IMG/VR virus record: IMGVR_UViG_3300003086_000115
Strand: one strand, 5' to 3'
From: a virus
Lineage: Duplodnaviria; Caudoviricetes
Length of the DNA stretch: 64,000 bases
Shown here: one piece after another, positions 21,654-31,628 of the stretch
How positions within the stretch are numbered: position 1 is the stretch's first letter
How the letters are laid out: every line of letters begins with the position of its first letter
Program-made: the position numbers and the translations under genes
The notes under the pieces: model-generated
What the model was told of the DNA's origin: nothing
The model's input: the letters and a program-made list of their open reading frames with translations, nothing else
Databases searched by the model: none

Positions 21654-21979
21654 AAATCAGCGATTAAATCACCTTGTATCCAAGTACCGGTATGTTCTAA
21701 TTCTTTTAAGCAGTTAAGGCATACAGTTTTAAAAGCTGTAAATGTATAAACGTCTAATTGCTCTAGGTACTTCGCTTTAAAGTTACACTTTTCGCAATAC
21801 TTCTTTTTTCTGTAACCTGCTACTTGCCACTTAGGTATTTCTATTTTAGGTTTCTTAGCACATGTACTACAAGTTGACCTGTAATGTAATATTCCATCTT
21901 TAGCGTAATTAATAGCGACATGACGCTTCCCACATTTACATAATTCTCTTTCTTTTTGGTTTTCTTTTTTTCTCGTCAT
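21650..21979 (-). CDS. Cys-rich zinc-finger/degenerate HNH-like protein
   Basis: CKCG, CSTC, CEKC...QLDV...KTVCLNC; the HNH loop is shortened. Confidence 0.6.
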   Translation of the reverse strand: MTRKKENQKERELCKCGKRHVAINYAKDGILHYRSTCSTCAKKPKIEIPKWQVAGYRKKKYCEKCNFKAKYLEQLDVYTFTAFKTVCLNCLKELEHTGTWIQGDLIADF

Positions 21980-22069
21980 AAAAAGGTACCTTTTTTATTT
22001 TTAAAATATTTATCATTATAAAAAAGGTATCCAAAGGTACCACTAAACCGTTAATTATACCAAAAAGCT

Positions 22070-22076
22070 ATAAATA
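22070..22076 (+). promoter_or_regulatory. T4-type late promoter of sheath gene (representative of about 20 TAAATA sites)
   Basis: (T)ATAAATA about 35 nt before the start; the motif recurs before most structural genes. Confidence 0.8.
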
Positions 22077-22110
22077 GTTTTAACAAATTTATAGATAGGG
22101 AGTAGAACAA

Positions 22111-25100
22111 ATGGCATTAGTTTCACCAGGCGTAGAGGTAACCATTGTTGATGAGAGCGCATTTCCAGCGGCATCAACAGCGACAGTACCTTTCATTTTA
22201 GTTGCAACAGCGGCTAACAAAATTAACGGTGCTGGCACAGCAGTAGCACCAGGAACATTAGCATCAGCAGTTGGCAACACATTTTTAATTTCAAGTCAAC
22301 GTGAATTAACTAATACGTTTGGTACCCCAGCGTTTTATAAAACGTCAAGCGGTACTCCAATTCATGGTTATGAGCTTAATGAGTACGGCTTACAAGCGGC
22401 TTATTCGGTATTAGGACTAAGTAATAGAGCGTACGTACAGCGTGCTGATATTGACTTAGCAGAGTTAACTCCTACAACAGTTAGACCGTCAGGTAATCCA
22501 GAGAATGGTACTTACTGGTTAGACACAGCGTCTACACAGTGGGGTATCTTTGAATGGAATGAAACTACAGAAGCATTTAAAAATAAGGTGCCAACTGTAA
22601 TTACTAGCCTAAGTAACTTAGTTGGTGGTGTTGTTACTGGTGAACCGTTACCGAGTATCGGTAATATCGGTGATTATGCTGTAGTTGCAATTAGTGTTAG
22701 AACTCCGATTTATTATAAGAACCGCAGTAATACTTGGGTATTAGTAGGAGATAATACTGACACCGGCATTGCGGCAGATTCAGATTGGTATGATAGTCAT
22801 CCATCGGTTACTAGTGCAGATGCTAGCACACTTACGCTGACAAGCGGCACTACTATTGATATTAACACTAGTGGTAACGGCGGAACAGTTACTCTTTCGG
22901 GTACTACAATTGCTACTTTAGTTTCAGATATTAATACTGCTAGTCTTACAGGTATTACAGCCGCAGTGGTTAGTAATAAAGTTGAGATATATGCTGATGC
23001 TACATCGTCAGGAGCATATCCACCGGCAACTATGTTAATGCCAGGTGTTGAGTACACGATTTTAACAGTAGGAACAACTGATTTTACAGCTATCGGAGCA
23101 GGAGCAAACGAGGTAGGTAAAACCTTTATTGCAACCGGCATGGGAACAGGAACTGGCACAGTGCGCCATCATATATTGGCAGTAACAGATAATACAGGTA
23201 CTGGATTATCAGGTACATACGGAATGCTACAATTACGCCAAAGCACACACGCAAATAATCCAACTTGGAAAGCTAGCGATTTAATGATTACTGGAGGCAG
23301 ACGAACAGGTTCTGTTTGGATTAAGACTACTAGTGTAGACTTAGGTACTAACCTTGCAATTAAGAAATTTGACTCAACTACAGGTACATTTGTATCACAA
23401 GTTACATCATTGCATTGCGATGATGAGTCTGCAATTAATGCGTTAGATCCAGCTAACGGTGGCAGTGCAATTCCTCCAGGTACTACGTATGCTAGGTTTG
23501 ATTCGTTTACCGACGATACTGCAACATTAATGGTATTATTCCGCACACAAACTGGAGCCACAGAAGTTGCAGGTGCTATAACTAACCCTACATTTACAGT
23601 AGGTAATACATTTACAATTAAAGCAAGTGATAATAGTTCAACTGTATTAACTGCACCAGTAACGGTAACTTTAACAGGAACAACAGCGGCGTCTTTTGTT
23701 GAAGATTGGTTAGCGACAGGTGTTGCAAATACAACAGCATTAGTCACAACAGCAGGAGCAGTTAAAATTGTTCACACCCAAGGTGGTGTGATTGAAGTTA
23801 AAGATATATCAGGAACTCCATTAGCAGATGCTGGATTTTCAATATCGCAATATAATGTACGTGAGTGTGTTCAAGGCGATCTAATAATTACAAATTTTGA
23901 AGCACTAGGCATGGAAGCGGTATTTAGTGCTGGTCCTACTCAACCAGGGCAAGATCCAGTTGAAGGTACTAAATGGTATAGTAGTGCAATTGATGAAATT
24001 GATATTATGGTTCAAGGCGGCGGCGGCTGGAAAGGTTACTTAACTAAGTTTCCTACTACTGACCCGGCTGGTCCTACAGTATCTGTACTTGCACCATCAG
24101 CACAAAGCGACGGAACAGCATTAGTTGCAAATGATCTTTGGGTTGACACAAGTGATTTAGAGAACTTTCCATTAATTAATCGCTGGAGTGGAACGAAATG
24201 GGTAGCAGTTGATACTACTGATCAAACATCAGAGAAAGGTATTTTATTTGCAGATGCAAGGTGGGACACTGACGGAACTACAGATCCAATTAGTGGTACG
24301 ATGCCAACTATTGCTAGTTTGTTATCAAGTAACTATTTAGATTTAGATGCTCCATCACCGAGTTTATATCCAACAGGTACATTGCTTTGGAACTTAAGAC
24401 GTAGCGGCTTTAATGTTAAAGAATTTAAACTAAACTACTTTAATTCAACTGACTTCACTGGTGTAATACCAACAGAAACAAATGCATGGGTTACTGCTTC
24501 AGGTTTAAAAGATAACGGCGAAGCTAACATGGGAAGACTTGCTCAACGTGCGATTGTTGTTGCGGCAATGAAAGCGGCAATTGATAGTAACACAGAGATC
24601 AGAGAAGAGCAACGTGTGTTTAACTTATTGGCGGCACCAGGTTACCCAGAGCTAATGACTAATATGGTAGCATTAAACAATGAACGTAACAATACAGGTT
24701 TTGTTGTTGGTGATACTCCGTTAAGATTATCAGAATCAGGAACAGATTTAGTTAATTGGAGTACTAACAATAACGGATTAGGGTTAGCAACTAACGATGG
24801 TCTTAATGTAAACGACCAGTACTTAGGTGTGTTTTATCCAAGCGGTAGAAGTACAGACTTAACAGGTTCAGCAATTGTTGTTCCGCCTAGTCATGCACTA
24901 CTTAGAACTATTGTACACAGTGATGATCAATCATATCCGTGGTTAGCACCGGCAGGCACTAGACGTGGTAGTATTGATAATCTAGATGCGTTAGGCTACA
25001 TTGATTCTGCTACTGGCGAGTTCCAACAAACTGGTACTAGAAATGCAACTAGAGATACGTTGTATGAAAACAACATTAACCCACTAACGTTTATTCCAGG

Positions 25101-25476
25101 CACAGGTCTTGTAAACTACGGTAATAAAACTACACAATCAGGCACAGCGTTAGATAGAATTAATGTTGCACGTTTAGTTTCGTTTATTAGACAACAAGTT
25201 GAAAATGCGGCCAAGACGTTTATCTTTGAGCCAAACGACAAGTTAACACGCGATGAGATTAAAGGTGTTATGGAAAGCATAATGAACGATTTGATTGCTA
25301 AACGTGGCTTATTTGATTATCTAGTAGTATGTGATGAGAGCAATAACACACCAGCGCGTATTGATAGAAACGAATTATATGTTGATATTGCTATTGAGCC
25401 AGTTAAATCAGTTGAGTTTATCTTTATCCCTGTTAGAATTAAGAATACAGGCGAAATTGCCACAGGCGGAGTGTAA
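22111..25476 (+). CDS. gp18: Contractile tail sheath protein
   Basis: MALVSPGVEVTIVDES start; WLAPAG..RG, LY...INP, LDRINVARL, FEPND...YLVVCDESNNTP..IDRNEL.VDIAIEP. Confidence 0.95.
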   Translation: MALVSPGVEVTIVDESAFPAASTATVPFILVATAANKINGAGTAVAPGTLASAVGNTFLISSQRELTNTFGTPAFYKTSSGTPIHGYELNEYGLQAAYSVLGLSNRAYVQRADIDLAELTPTTVRPSGNPENGTYWLDTASTQWGIFEWNETTEAFKNKVPTVITSLSNLVGGVVTGEPLPSIGNIGDYAVVAISVRTPIYYKNRSNTWVLVGDNTDTGIAADSDWYDSHPSVTSADASTLTLTSGTTIDINTSGNGGTVTLSGTTIATLVSDINTASLTGITAAVVSNKVEIYADATSSGAYPPATMLMPGVEYTILTVGTTDFTAIGAGANEVGKTFIATGMGTGTGTVRHHILAVTDNTGTGLSGTYGMLQLRQSTHANNPTWKASDLMITGGRRTGSVWIKTTSVDLGTNLAIKKFDSTTGTFVSQVTSLHCDDESAINALDPANGGSAIPPGTTYARFDSFTDDTATLMVLFRTQTGATEVAGAITNPTFTVGNTFTIKASDNSSTVLTAPVTVTLTGTTAASFVEDWLATGVANTTALVTTAGAVKIVHTQGGVIEVKDISGTPLADAGFSISQYNVRECVQGDLIITNFEALGMEAVFSAGPTQPGQDPVEGTKWYSSAIDEIDIMVQGGGGWKGYLTKFPTTDPAGPTVSVLAPSAQSDGTALVANDLWVDTSDLENFPLINRWSGTKWVAVDTTDQTSEKGILFADARWDTDGTTDPISGTMPTIASLLSSNYLDLDAPSPSLYPTGTLLWNLRRSGFNVKEFKLNYFNSTDFTGVIPTETNAWVTASGLKDNGEANMGRLAQRAIVVAAMKAAIDSNTEIREEQRVFNLLAAPGYPELMTNMVALNNERNNTGFVVGDTPLRLSESGTDLVNWSTNNNGLGLATNDGLNVNDQYLGVFYPSGRSTDLTGSAIVVPPSHALLRTIVHSDDQSYPWLAPAGTRRGSIDNLDALGYIDSATGEFQQTGTRNATRDTLYENNINPLTFIPGTGLVNYGNKTTQSGTALDRINVARLVSFIRQQVENAAKTFIFEPNDKLTRDEIKGVMESIMNDLIAKRGLFDYLVVCDESNNTPARIDRNELYVDIAIEPVKSVEFIFIPVRIKNTGEIATGGV

Positions 25477-25494
25477 ACAACACTTAATAGACAC

Positions 25495-25521
25495 AAAAAA
25501 GCACCGAAAGGTGCTTTTTTT
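25495..25521. terminator. Bidirectional intrinsic terminator
   Basis: AAAAAAGCACC-GAAA-GGTGCTTTTTT between convergent genes. Confidence 0.9.
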
Positions 25522-26068
25522 ATGACTGCTTGGGTTCGATTAGTTTAACAGTCATTTTAGGATCAATGAATCGTTTCCAAGAATAGTGCCTAATAACAAT
25601 GGGTATTTCTGTCCTACGTTTAATTAAGTTCCAATACGTAGGCATAAATGGTTGATTAAGTGGTTCTATAATACTAGCACCTTTCTTAGTGTTGCAAGGC
25701 TTACAAGCGGCTACGATGTTATTCCACTCTGTTAATCCACCTTTTGATCTAGGCCATACATGATCATATGTAAGTTCACGGTAAGCAAACATTTTATTAC
25801 AATACTGACATTTATACCCATCTCTTAAAAATAAGTTAGGTTTAGACAGTGCTATGAACTTTTTGTGCTGTATATACCGCTTTACTATGACGACAGACGG
25901 TACTTTAAATGAGTCTCTAGCAGAATGGACTTTCCAATTGTCGTAATATTCAACGACGTTTACTTTATCGAGGAATATTAATCTCATAGTGTCCTCCCAT
26001 TTTAGTGTACTTAATGGTAGCATTGATAGCGGTTGGGCGTCAGCGTTTAGAATTAAGGTATGAGACAT
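25520..26068 (-). CDS. HNH endonuclease (McrA-like)
   Basis: RDGYKCQYC...TYDHVWPRSKGG...WNNIVAACKPCNTKK. Confidence 0.9.
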   Translation of the reverse strand: MSHTLILNADAQPLSMLPLSTLKWEDTMRLIFLDKVNVVEYYDNWKVHSARDSFKVPSVVIVKRYIQHKKFIALSKPNLFLRDGYKCQYCNKMFAYRELTYDHVWPRSKGGLTEWNNIVAACKPCNTKKGASIIEPLNQPFMPTYWNLIKRRTEIPIVIRHYSWKRFIDPKMTVKLIEPKQS

Positions 26069-26147
26069 ATTTCTATTTATAACGTATGTTATAATTAACC
26101 CTTAACCTAACTAAATAATATTACACATTTAACAAAGGAGGTGCGCA

Positions 26148-26216
26148 ATGGGAATGGCAGTATTTTTTGCCTTAGCATTAGCAGGTACATTAGCAATAGC
26201 TACTTACTGGTTCTAA
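26148..26216 (+). CDS. 22-aa single-helix membrane peptide MGMAVFFALALAGTLAIATYWF (not in ORF track)
   Basis: Perfect AAGGAGGT RBS; TAAATA promoter at ~26112. Confidence 0.7.
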   Translation: MGMAVFFALALAGTLAIATYWF

Positions 26217-26259
26217 GTCAAAATACTTTTTTAACTAGACCATGTAAGGAGGTACTATA

Positions 26260-26376
26260 ATGAAAGATAATAAAAAGTATGATTGGTCGAAAGAAATATA
26301 TGGCTCAGGTAAAGATGAAGCATTGTGGATCTTAATGGGATTCATGATAGCAATATTCATCGTAAATATAATATAA
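26260..26376 (+). CDS. 38-aa membrane peptide MKDNKKYDWSKEIYGSGKDEALWILMGFMIAIFIVNII (not in ORF track)
   Basis: Perfect AAGGAGGT RBS; C-terminal TM helix; followed by a terminator. Confidence 0.7.
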   Translation: MKDNKKYDWSKEIYGSGKDEALWILMGFMIAIFIVNII

Positions 26377-26394
26377 TGTGAAATAACAACCACT

Positions 26395-26422
26395 AAAAAA
26401 GGGCCAATTATGGCCCTTTTTT
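26395..26422. terminator. Bidirectional intrinsic terminator
   Basis: AAAAAAGGGCCA-ATTA-TGGCCCTTTTTT. Confidence 0.9.
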
Positions 26423-26439
26423 ATGGATGATCTATCTTT

Positions 26440-26661
26440 TTACGGCTTAGTAAAAATGTGATAGATAACTGCTAGTGACGCTAAGCCAACTAGACCGGCA
26501 TTACCTAGGCCGGCGATAATACCAGTAATTGTTCCAACGATGTCCCCACCGATGAATGGTACACTACCACCAAATATAATCTGTAAAACGATACCTAGAG
26601 CGATTAACGCTACACCTGCTTCAGTGCCGGCCTTAATCCAGCCTACTACTTTATCTAACAT
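26440..26661 (-). CDS. Small Gly-rich membrane protein (2-3 TM segments)
   Basis: Hydrophobic 73 aa; AAGGAG RBS; TATAAATA on the minus strand at 26774-26781. Confidence 0.75.
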   Translation of the reverse strand: MLDKVVGWIKAGTEAGVALIALGIVLQIIFGGSVPFIGGDIVGTITGIIAGLGNAGLVGLASLAVIYHIFTKP

Positions 26662-26781
26662 AAAGTACTCCTTTGTTATTAAAAAATAGTTTATAGTCGT
26701 TTCAGACTCTCTTTAAATACCCTTGTCACACAAGAGTACTGTCTCATCATTACTGACGAAATAAAATTTTAATTATTTATA

Positions 26782-27207
26782 TTAAAAGTCCCCGTTTAGG
26801 TAAGTCTTCATAGCGTGGCAATCGCCACATAAGGTCCTTAAATTGCTGGGATGGTTATTTTTCGGGTTACTTACCACTACATGATCGACTTGTAGCAGTC
26901 GCATTGCGTAAACTTTCTTCTCTTTTAATGGCATTCCTTGAACTCTAATATTATTCAACGGATCGTGCCCGCAATCTTCGCATATATCTTTTTTGTGGAA
27001 CGTCCATACTCTATCAGTTCTAGCAAACCCACCGTATTCACGCAATGTTATTTGGTGTTCACGGCATAATGTTTGAGATCCGGGTCCGTGGTAGTGAGAT
27101 ATATTATTAGTACATTCATCTACTTTGCAAGTTCTTTTTATAACCTTCTTTTTTTGCCTATCTAAGTTAGGGTCTCTAGGATTATTCAAAGCAATTAACT
27201 TTTTCAT
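26782..27207 (-). CDS. HNH endonuclease with zinc finger
   Basis: CEDCG...LQVDHV...NNHPSNLRTLCGDCHAMKT. Confidence 0.8.
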   Translation of the reverse strand: MKKLIALNNPRDPNLDRQKKKVIKRTCKVDECTNNISHYHGPGSQTLCREHQITLREYGGFARTDRVWTFHKKDICEDCGHDPLNNIRVQGMPLKEKKVYAMRLLQVDHVVVSNPKNNHPSNLRTLCGDCHAMKTYLNGDF

Positions 27208-27311
27208 AAACTTAGTTACCTTAACCTGTATTTAATGGTATTTTTTTAAAGGCGGTATCGTCGCCTCTGCTTTAGCATAAATAATAGTAACTTTAACAAG
27301 GGAGTAAACAC

Positions 27312-27926
27312 ATGGCAGTATCATCATTGACTAGAATGACAACGCCTTTGGCTACTGATCAATCAGGGTCTAGTCAGGGCTTGTTAATGCCTAAATTGAA
27401 ATATCGATTTAGGATTATATTTGAAAATATGGGAGTATCAACTCCAAGAACAGAATTAACTAAACAAGTTATGGACTTCACACGTCCTAGTGTTAGTTTT
27501 GATCCAATTGATCTTGAGATATACAACTCAAGAGTTCGTTTAGCAGGAAAGCATACATGGGACGACATCAGTGTCAACTTACGTGACGATGCCAGTGGTA
27601 ATGTAGCTAAACTCGTTGGTGAGCAACTACAGAAGCAATTAGACTTCATGGAGCAAGCAAGTGCCGCTTCAGGTGCAGACTACAAATTTACTACACGATG
27701 TGAGATTTTAGACGGTGGTAACGGTGCATTTGAACCTACAGTACTTGAAACATGGGAAGTATATGGATGTTACTTGTCAAACGTAAACTACGGTGATTTA
27801 AATTATGGTAGTTCAGAGCCAGTTACACTAGCAATGACACTTCGTTTTGATAATGCAGTACAGACTCCATTAGGTAGCGGTGTAGGCACAGATGTAGGAC
27901 GTTCAATCGGCGATAACGTTTCTTAA
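27312..27926 (+). CDS. gp19: Tail tube protein
   Basis: PKLKYRFR, RP.V.F, AGKHTW..I....RDD, W.VYGCY..NVNYGDL.Y...LRFDNA. Confidence 0.85.
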   Translation: MAVSSLTRMTTPLATDQSGSSQGLLMPKLKYRFRIIFENMGVSTPRTELTKQVMDFTRPSVSFDPIDLEIYNSRVRLAGKHTWDDISVNLRDDASGNVAKLVGEQLQKQLDFMEQASAASGADYKFTTRCEILDGGNGAFEPTVLETWEVYGCYLSNVNYGDLNYGSSEPVTLAMTLRFDNAVQTPLGSGVGTDVGRSIGDNVS

Positions 27927-27932
27927 TCTAAT

Positions 27933-29399
27933 ATGGGATTTGGTAGCCTATTAACACAAACATTAAAGAACCAGATTAAAGGATTTGACAATGACTTTAA
28001 TCAAGGATTCTTCGGTGTTGATTATGTTAGAGATTACCAACACGCTAGCAAAACTTTTGTAAAAGATGGTTTTGCACTAGCACCTACTAACAAATTTCTT
28101 TTCCATGTATTCTTCACATTGAATACAGAGATTCCAGGAATACAACGTGGTAATGATACTGCAACTATTGGCGTATTAGCTAAGACTGCAACCTTGCCGT
28201 CGTTTAGCCTTGAAGTCGAAGCAATGAATCAATATAACCGTAAGCGTTATATTCAAAAGAAGATTAATTATCAACCAGTTACTATAACACTTCATGATGA
28301 TGGGAGTGATGCAGTACGGTCTATGTGGGTTAATTATTATCGTTATTATTATAACGATTCTAGTTATACCTACGACGGGCAAGGTGTTAACACACCAGGG
28401 TATAACAACCGAGACATATATGATAATTTAAGATCGATTAGTGATTGGGGCTATAACGGCCAAGGTTCGATTAATGATACTAAGCCTGCTTTCTTTAAAG
28501 ATATAAAAATATATACGTTAAACAAAGGTAACTTTAAATCATACACAATGATTAATCCTCTTATTACAGATTGGCAACACGATACACATGATGTAAGTGC
28601 TGGCGGTGATGTAATGCAACATTCGATGACATTTAACTACGAAGCTGTTAAATACGGGCGCGGTAGAATCGGCAATCAAGTTAAAGGCTTTGCTGATTCG
28701 TCGGTGTACGATACAAGTTCGAGCCCATTGAGAGCAGGTAGCACAGCAAGTACGTTTGGCCGAGGTGGTATATTTGATGCAGGTGAAAGTATTATTGAAG
28801 ATTTAGCAGATGGTAATATATTAGGTGCATATAGAACAAGCGGAACTCTGCAAAACACATTAAGGAATGTAGATGTAGGTCAGTTATTGTCTAGTGATAT
28901 AGCCACAGAAGTAGTGTCACAAGGTGCGAATTTTTTATCAGGTTTAGGTTCTACTAATAGTAATGCTAGCGGATTTAACATTCCGTCGTTTGATGCATCA
29001 GAAGGGCTTATTCCGTTAAATGAGAATTTTAGCAATGGATTGCCTAATACCAACACATTCTCAACATTATCCGATAGCCTAGGAAGTCTACAAAGACAGT
29101 ATGCGCCACAGCGTAATACAACTAGCAGTAGTCTTACAAATTCGTTAGTAAGCATACAAAACGCAACACAGCAAGGTTTTGCTGTGTTAGAACAAAATGC
29201 TCCTGAAATACAAGCAAATTTGCAGAATGCCGCTACACAGTTTCAGAGTTTTGCACAAGAGTTACAACCGTCACTTGATAACTTACAACAAACTGCGCAA
29301 TCAACTATTAGTAGTTTAAGAGAAAGTTTAGTGTTTGATCCTAGACTTGGTGTATCTGGAGATGTAACTAGCAACGGACAACAAGTAGGGGGTCAATAA
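27933..29399 (+). CDS. Tube-fold baseplate/tail-tube initiator (gp48/gp54-like)
   Basis: LPS......NQYNRKR.IQ.KI.YQPVTITLHDD, second tube-like domain after gp19. Confidence 0.6.
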   Translation: MGFGSLLTQTLKNQIKGFDNDFNQGFFGVDYVRDYQHASKTFVKDGFALAPTNKFLFHVFFTLNTEIPGIQRGNDTATIGVLAKTATLPSFSLEVEAMNQYNRKRYIQKKINYQPVTITLHDDGSDAVRSMWVNYYRYYYNDSSYTYDGQGVNTPGYNNRDIYDNLRSISDWGYNGQGSINDTKPAFFKDIKIYTLNKGNFKSYTMINPLITDWQHDTHDVSAGGDVMQHSMTFNYEAVKYGRGRIGNQVKGFADSSVYDTSSSPLRAGSTASTFGRGGIFDAGESIIEDLADGNILGAYRTSGTLQNTLRNVDVGQLLSSDIATEVVSQGANFLSGLGSTNSNASGFNIPSFDASEGLIPLNENFSNGLPNTNTFSTLSDSLGSLQRQYAPQRNTTSSSLTNSLVSIQNATQQGFAVLEQNAPEIQANLQNAATQFQSFAQELQPSLDNLQQTAQSTISSLRESLVFDPRLGVSGDVTSNGQQVGGQ

Positions 29400-29752
29400 T
29401 GCCTCATAGCGGCCAAAGTACAAAGCAGTTTAGCTCAGAGAATTTTTATAGCGATAACCGCGTAGGACAGCAAGTACATAGTGAACAGTATGATATAGTT
29501 TTAGGATTCTTTACTAAGGTAATGAGCACAGAAACTTTAGCAAAAGCATTTACGCTTGACTTGTTTCGGGTAGCGAATCAAACAAACGTCCCAGCATTAA
29601 CAATGCTAGATTCTATGAAAGGTCAGAGTGCGATAGGTGTTTCAGAAGTAATGGCATTTTATCTTAATCAAACACGTCCTAAAAGTGCGTTAGTAGGAGT
29701 AAGTAACGTACTTAATCCTAACATTTTTGTTGCACGTAATGTACTAATATAA
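29399..29752 (+). CDS. Hypothetical protein (tail/baseplate cluster)
   Basis: TAATG-coupled ORF. Confidence 0.5.
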   Translation: MPHSGQSTKQFSSENFYSDNRVGQQVHSEQYDIVLGFFTKVMSTETLAKAFTLDLFRVANQTNVPALTMLDSMKGQSAIGVSEVMAFYLNQTRPKSALVGVSNVLNPNIFVARNVLI

Positions 29753-30174
29753 TGCCTCGTTTCTCACAAGGTGAATATAAACCACGGAATCCGAAGAAAT
29801 ATGTAGGTAAAGGTAAGATAAAGTACCGTAGTTCTTGGGAACTTGCTTTTATGAATTTTTGTGACAACAACAATCACATATTAGAATGGGCCAGCGAGTC
29901 AATTAAAATACCATACAGAAATCCTGTCACTGGTAAACAGTCTATATATATTCCAGACTTTTTAGTATTCTATCAAAATAAGCACGGTAAGAAGGTTGCT
30001 GAATTAGTAGAGATTAAACCAAAGAAGCAAAGCATCATGGAATCTAAGCTAAGTAATAGAGATAAGGCTGTAGTAGCTGTAAACTATGCAAAATGGGACC
30101 AAGCTACTAAATGGGCCAAACGCAACGGCATGGTATTTAGAGTAGTAACAGAAGAACAAATCTTTAGGAAATAA
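29752..30174 (+). CDS. gp4: Head completion nuclease, T4 gp4-like
   Basis: G.YKP.NP.KY.G...YRSSWE..FM..CD.N..I..W.SE...IPY...Y.PDF...EIKP. Confidence 0.9.
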   Translation: MPRFSQGEYKPRNPKKYVGKGKIKYRSSWELAFMNFCDNNNHILEWASESIKIPYRNPVTGKQSIYIPDFLVFYQNKHGKKVAELVEIKPKKQSIMESKLSNRDKAVVAVNYAKWDQATKWAKRNGMVFRVVTEEQIFRK

Positions 30175-30175
30175 T

Positions 30176-30655
30176 ATGACACGTAAGCTTGAGGAACTCT
30201 TTGAACTTCCAGAGACAGACGATCGACCTATTGATGTCGAAACTGACGAACCTATCGTAATTAATCCTGTACTAGAGTTATCTAACTTAGAAAAAATAGA
30301 AAACGCATTGTCTGCTGTACGCGGGTTAGAAGCAAGTGATAGAGAAATGGACGATCTTGCAAAGATGGCTGTAGAAAGTTACAAAGACTTAATGGACTTA
30401 GGTATGAATGTTGAAGCACGTTTTTCTAGTGAGATATTCGGTGTAGCAGACAGAATGCTTAGTCATGCTATTACAGCTAAAAATGCTAAAATAAATAAGA
30501 AGCTTAAAACAATTGACCTACAGCTTAAAAAAGCAAAGTTAGATCAAAATTCTCCACATCGAGAAGAATCAGTAAACAGCGGACCGATGTTTGATAGAAA
30601 CGAACTTCTAGAACGACTAATCAAAGGCACGGACGAACCTATTACCAAAGACTAG
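30176..30655 (+). CDS. Possible terminase small subunit
   Basis: Helical 159 aa with a C-terminal DRNELL motif; weak gp16 resemblance. Confidence 0.4.
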   Translation: MTRKLEELFELPETDDRPIDVETDEPIVINPVLELSNLEKIENALSAVRGLEASDREMDDLAKMAVESYKDLMDLGMNVEARFSSEIFGVADRMLSHAITAKNAKINKKLKTIDLQLKKAKLDQNSPHREESVNSGPMFDRNELLERLIKGTDEPITKD

Positions 30656-30702
30656 TATTATTGGTAAATACAACAATATAATAAGTCGTAATAGGAAACC
30701 GC

Positions 30703-31299
30703 ATGAAAAACTTAGTTGACTACCTAATAGAATCTACACAACAATTCGAATACAGGATTAAAATCGCAGGCGATCTTACTAAAGATCAAATAAAACGCAT
30801 GGAAGAGTGTTTTTCTAAGTTTGATATGGTAAGTATGTCTAAACCAAAAAGAACTCCAGTGATGAAAGATCCTATAGGATTTGAAGGTCTTAAAAACATA
30901 GAGATCAACACAATGGATGTTGTTTTTAACTACCCAGCAAACACAGAACAGTTCATGGAAGTTATTAGACTAGTTGGTATCCCTAACAAGCGTGTAGTTG
31001 TACTTAGTAAGCAGTACAATGATAGTATGAATGCAGAAGCTGAAGAAAGAGAAGACACAAATGGCGAAGCATTATTAAACAGTGACTTACCAGCAAATAC
31101 ACAAAAACATATTGATGCTAGCAATGACTACAGAGACTCGTATCAAGCAATTGTAAAAAATGCAGATAAGTCAGAGTACGAAGTTGCAGGTGGTAAAACT
31201 CCAGCTATGAAGTCAACTAATGATTTAGAGCAAGGCAACACAGGTCCATTTAGTAATATTAAGCGTGATCCTAAGCCAGAGACTTCGAGTTCAAAATGA
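30703..31299 (+). CDS. Putative head/prohead-core protein
   Basis: MKNLVDYLIES leader ending in an L-X-E site; late promoter at ~30664. Confidence 0.45.
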   Translation: MKNLVDYLIESTQQFEYRIKIAGDLTKDQIKRMEECFSKFDMVSMSKPKRTPVMKDPIGFEGLKNIEINTMDVVFNYPANTEQFMEVIRLVGIPNKRVVVLSKQYNDSMNAEAEEREDTNGEALLNSDLPANTQKHIDASNDYRDSYQAIVKNADKSEYEVAGGKTPAMKSTNDLEQGNTGPFSNIKRDPKPETSSSK

Positions 31300-31619
31300 A
31301 TTTACAAGAAAGTATTAGAAACGATTTAAACAAGTTAAACGAAGCAACTAGTTCATCTTCTGATGTTGAACTAATTGATATATTAAATAATAAGTTTCCA
31401 GGATGCAATGCAGTTTCTACAGAAGATTGGGACGGCAGAACAGGTGGTATTTGGTTCCGTGGAACAGAGTCATGCGAAATAAATGAACTTCCTTTGTTTA
31501 ACCAAGAGATTTTTGCAGATACAATGGGTGTTAATACAGCATTAGATAAGTTACTAAGCTACCATGGTTGGTACGGTGAACCGTACGATAGCGGAACATT
31601 AATGGCTTATCCAGTTTAA
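31296..31619 (+). CDS. MNLQESI-leader cassette 1 (putative internal head protein)
   Basis: MNLQESIRNDLNKLNE leader. Confidence 0.6.
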   Translation: MNLQESIRNDLNKLNEATSSSSDVELIDILNNKFPGCNAVSTEDWDGRTGGIWFRGTESCEINELPLFNQEIFADTMGVNTALDKLLSYHGWYGEPYDSGTLMAYPV

Positions 31620-31628
31620 GGAATTATT

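Noticed and set aside
26696-26762. Canonical hammerhead ribozyme or SECIS element
   Set aside because: Core is AUGAUGA rather than CUGANGA, stems I/III were not found, and there is no in-frame UGA gene
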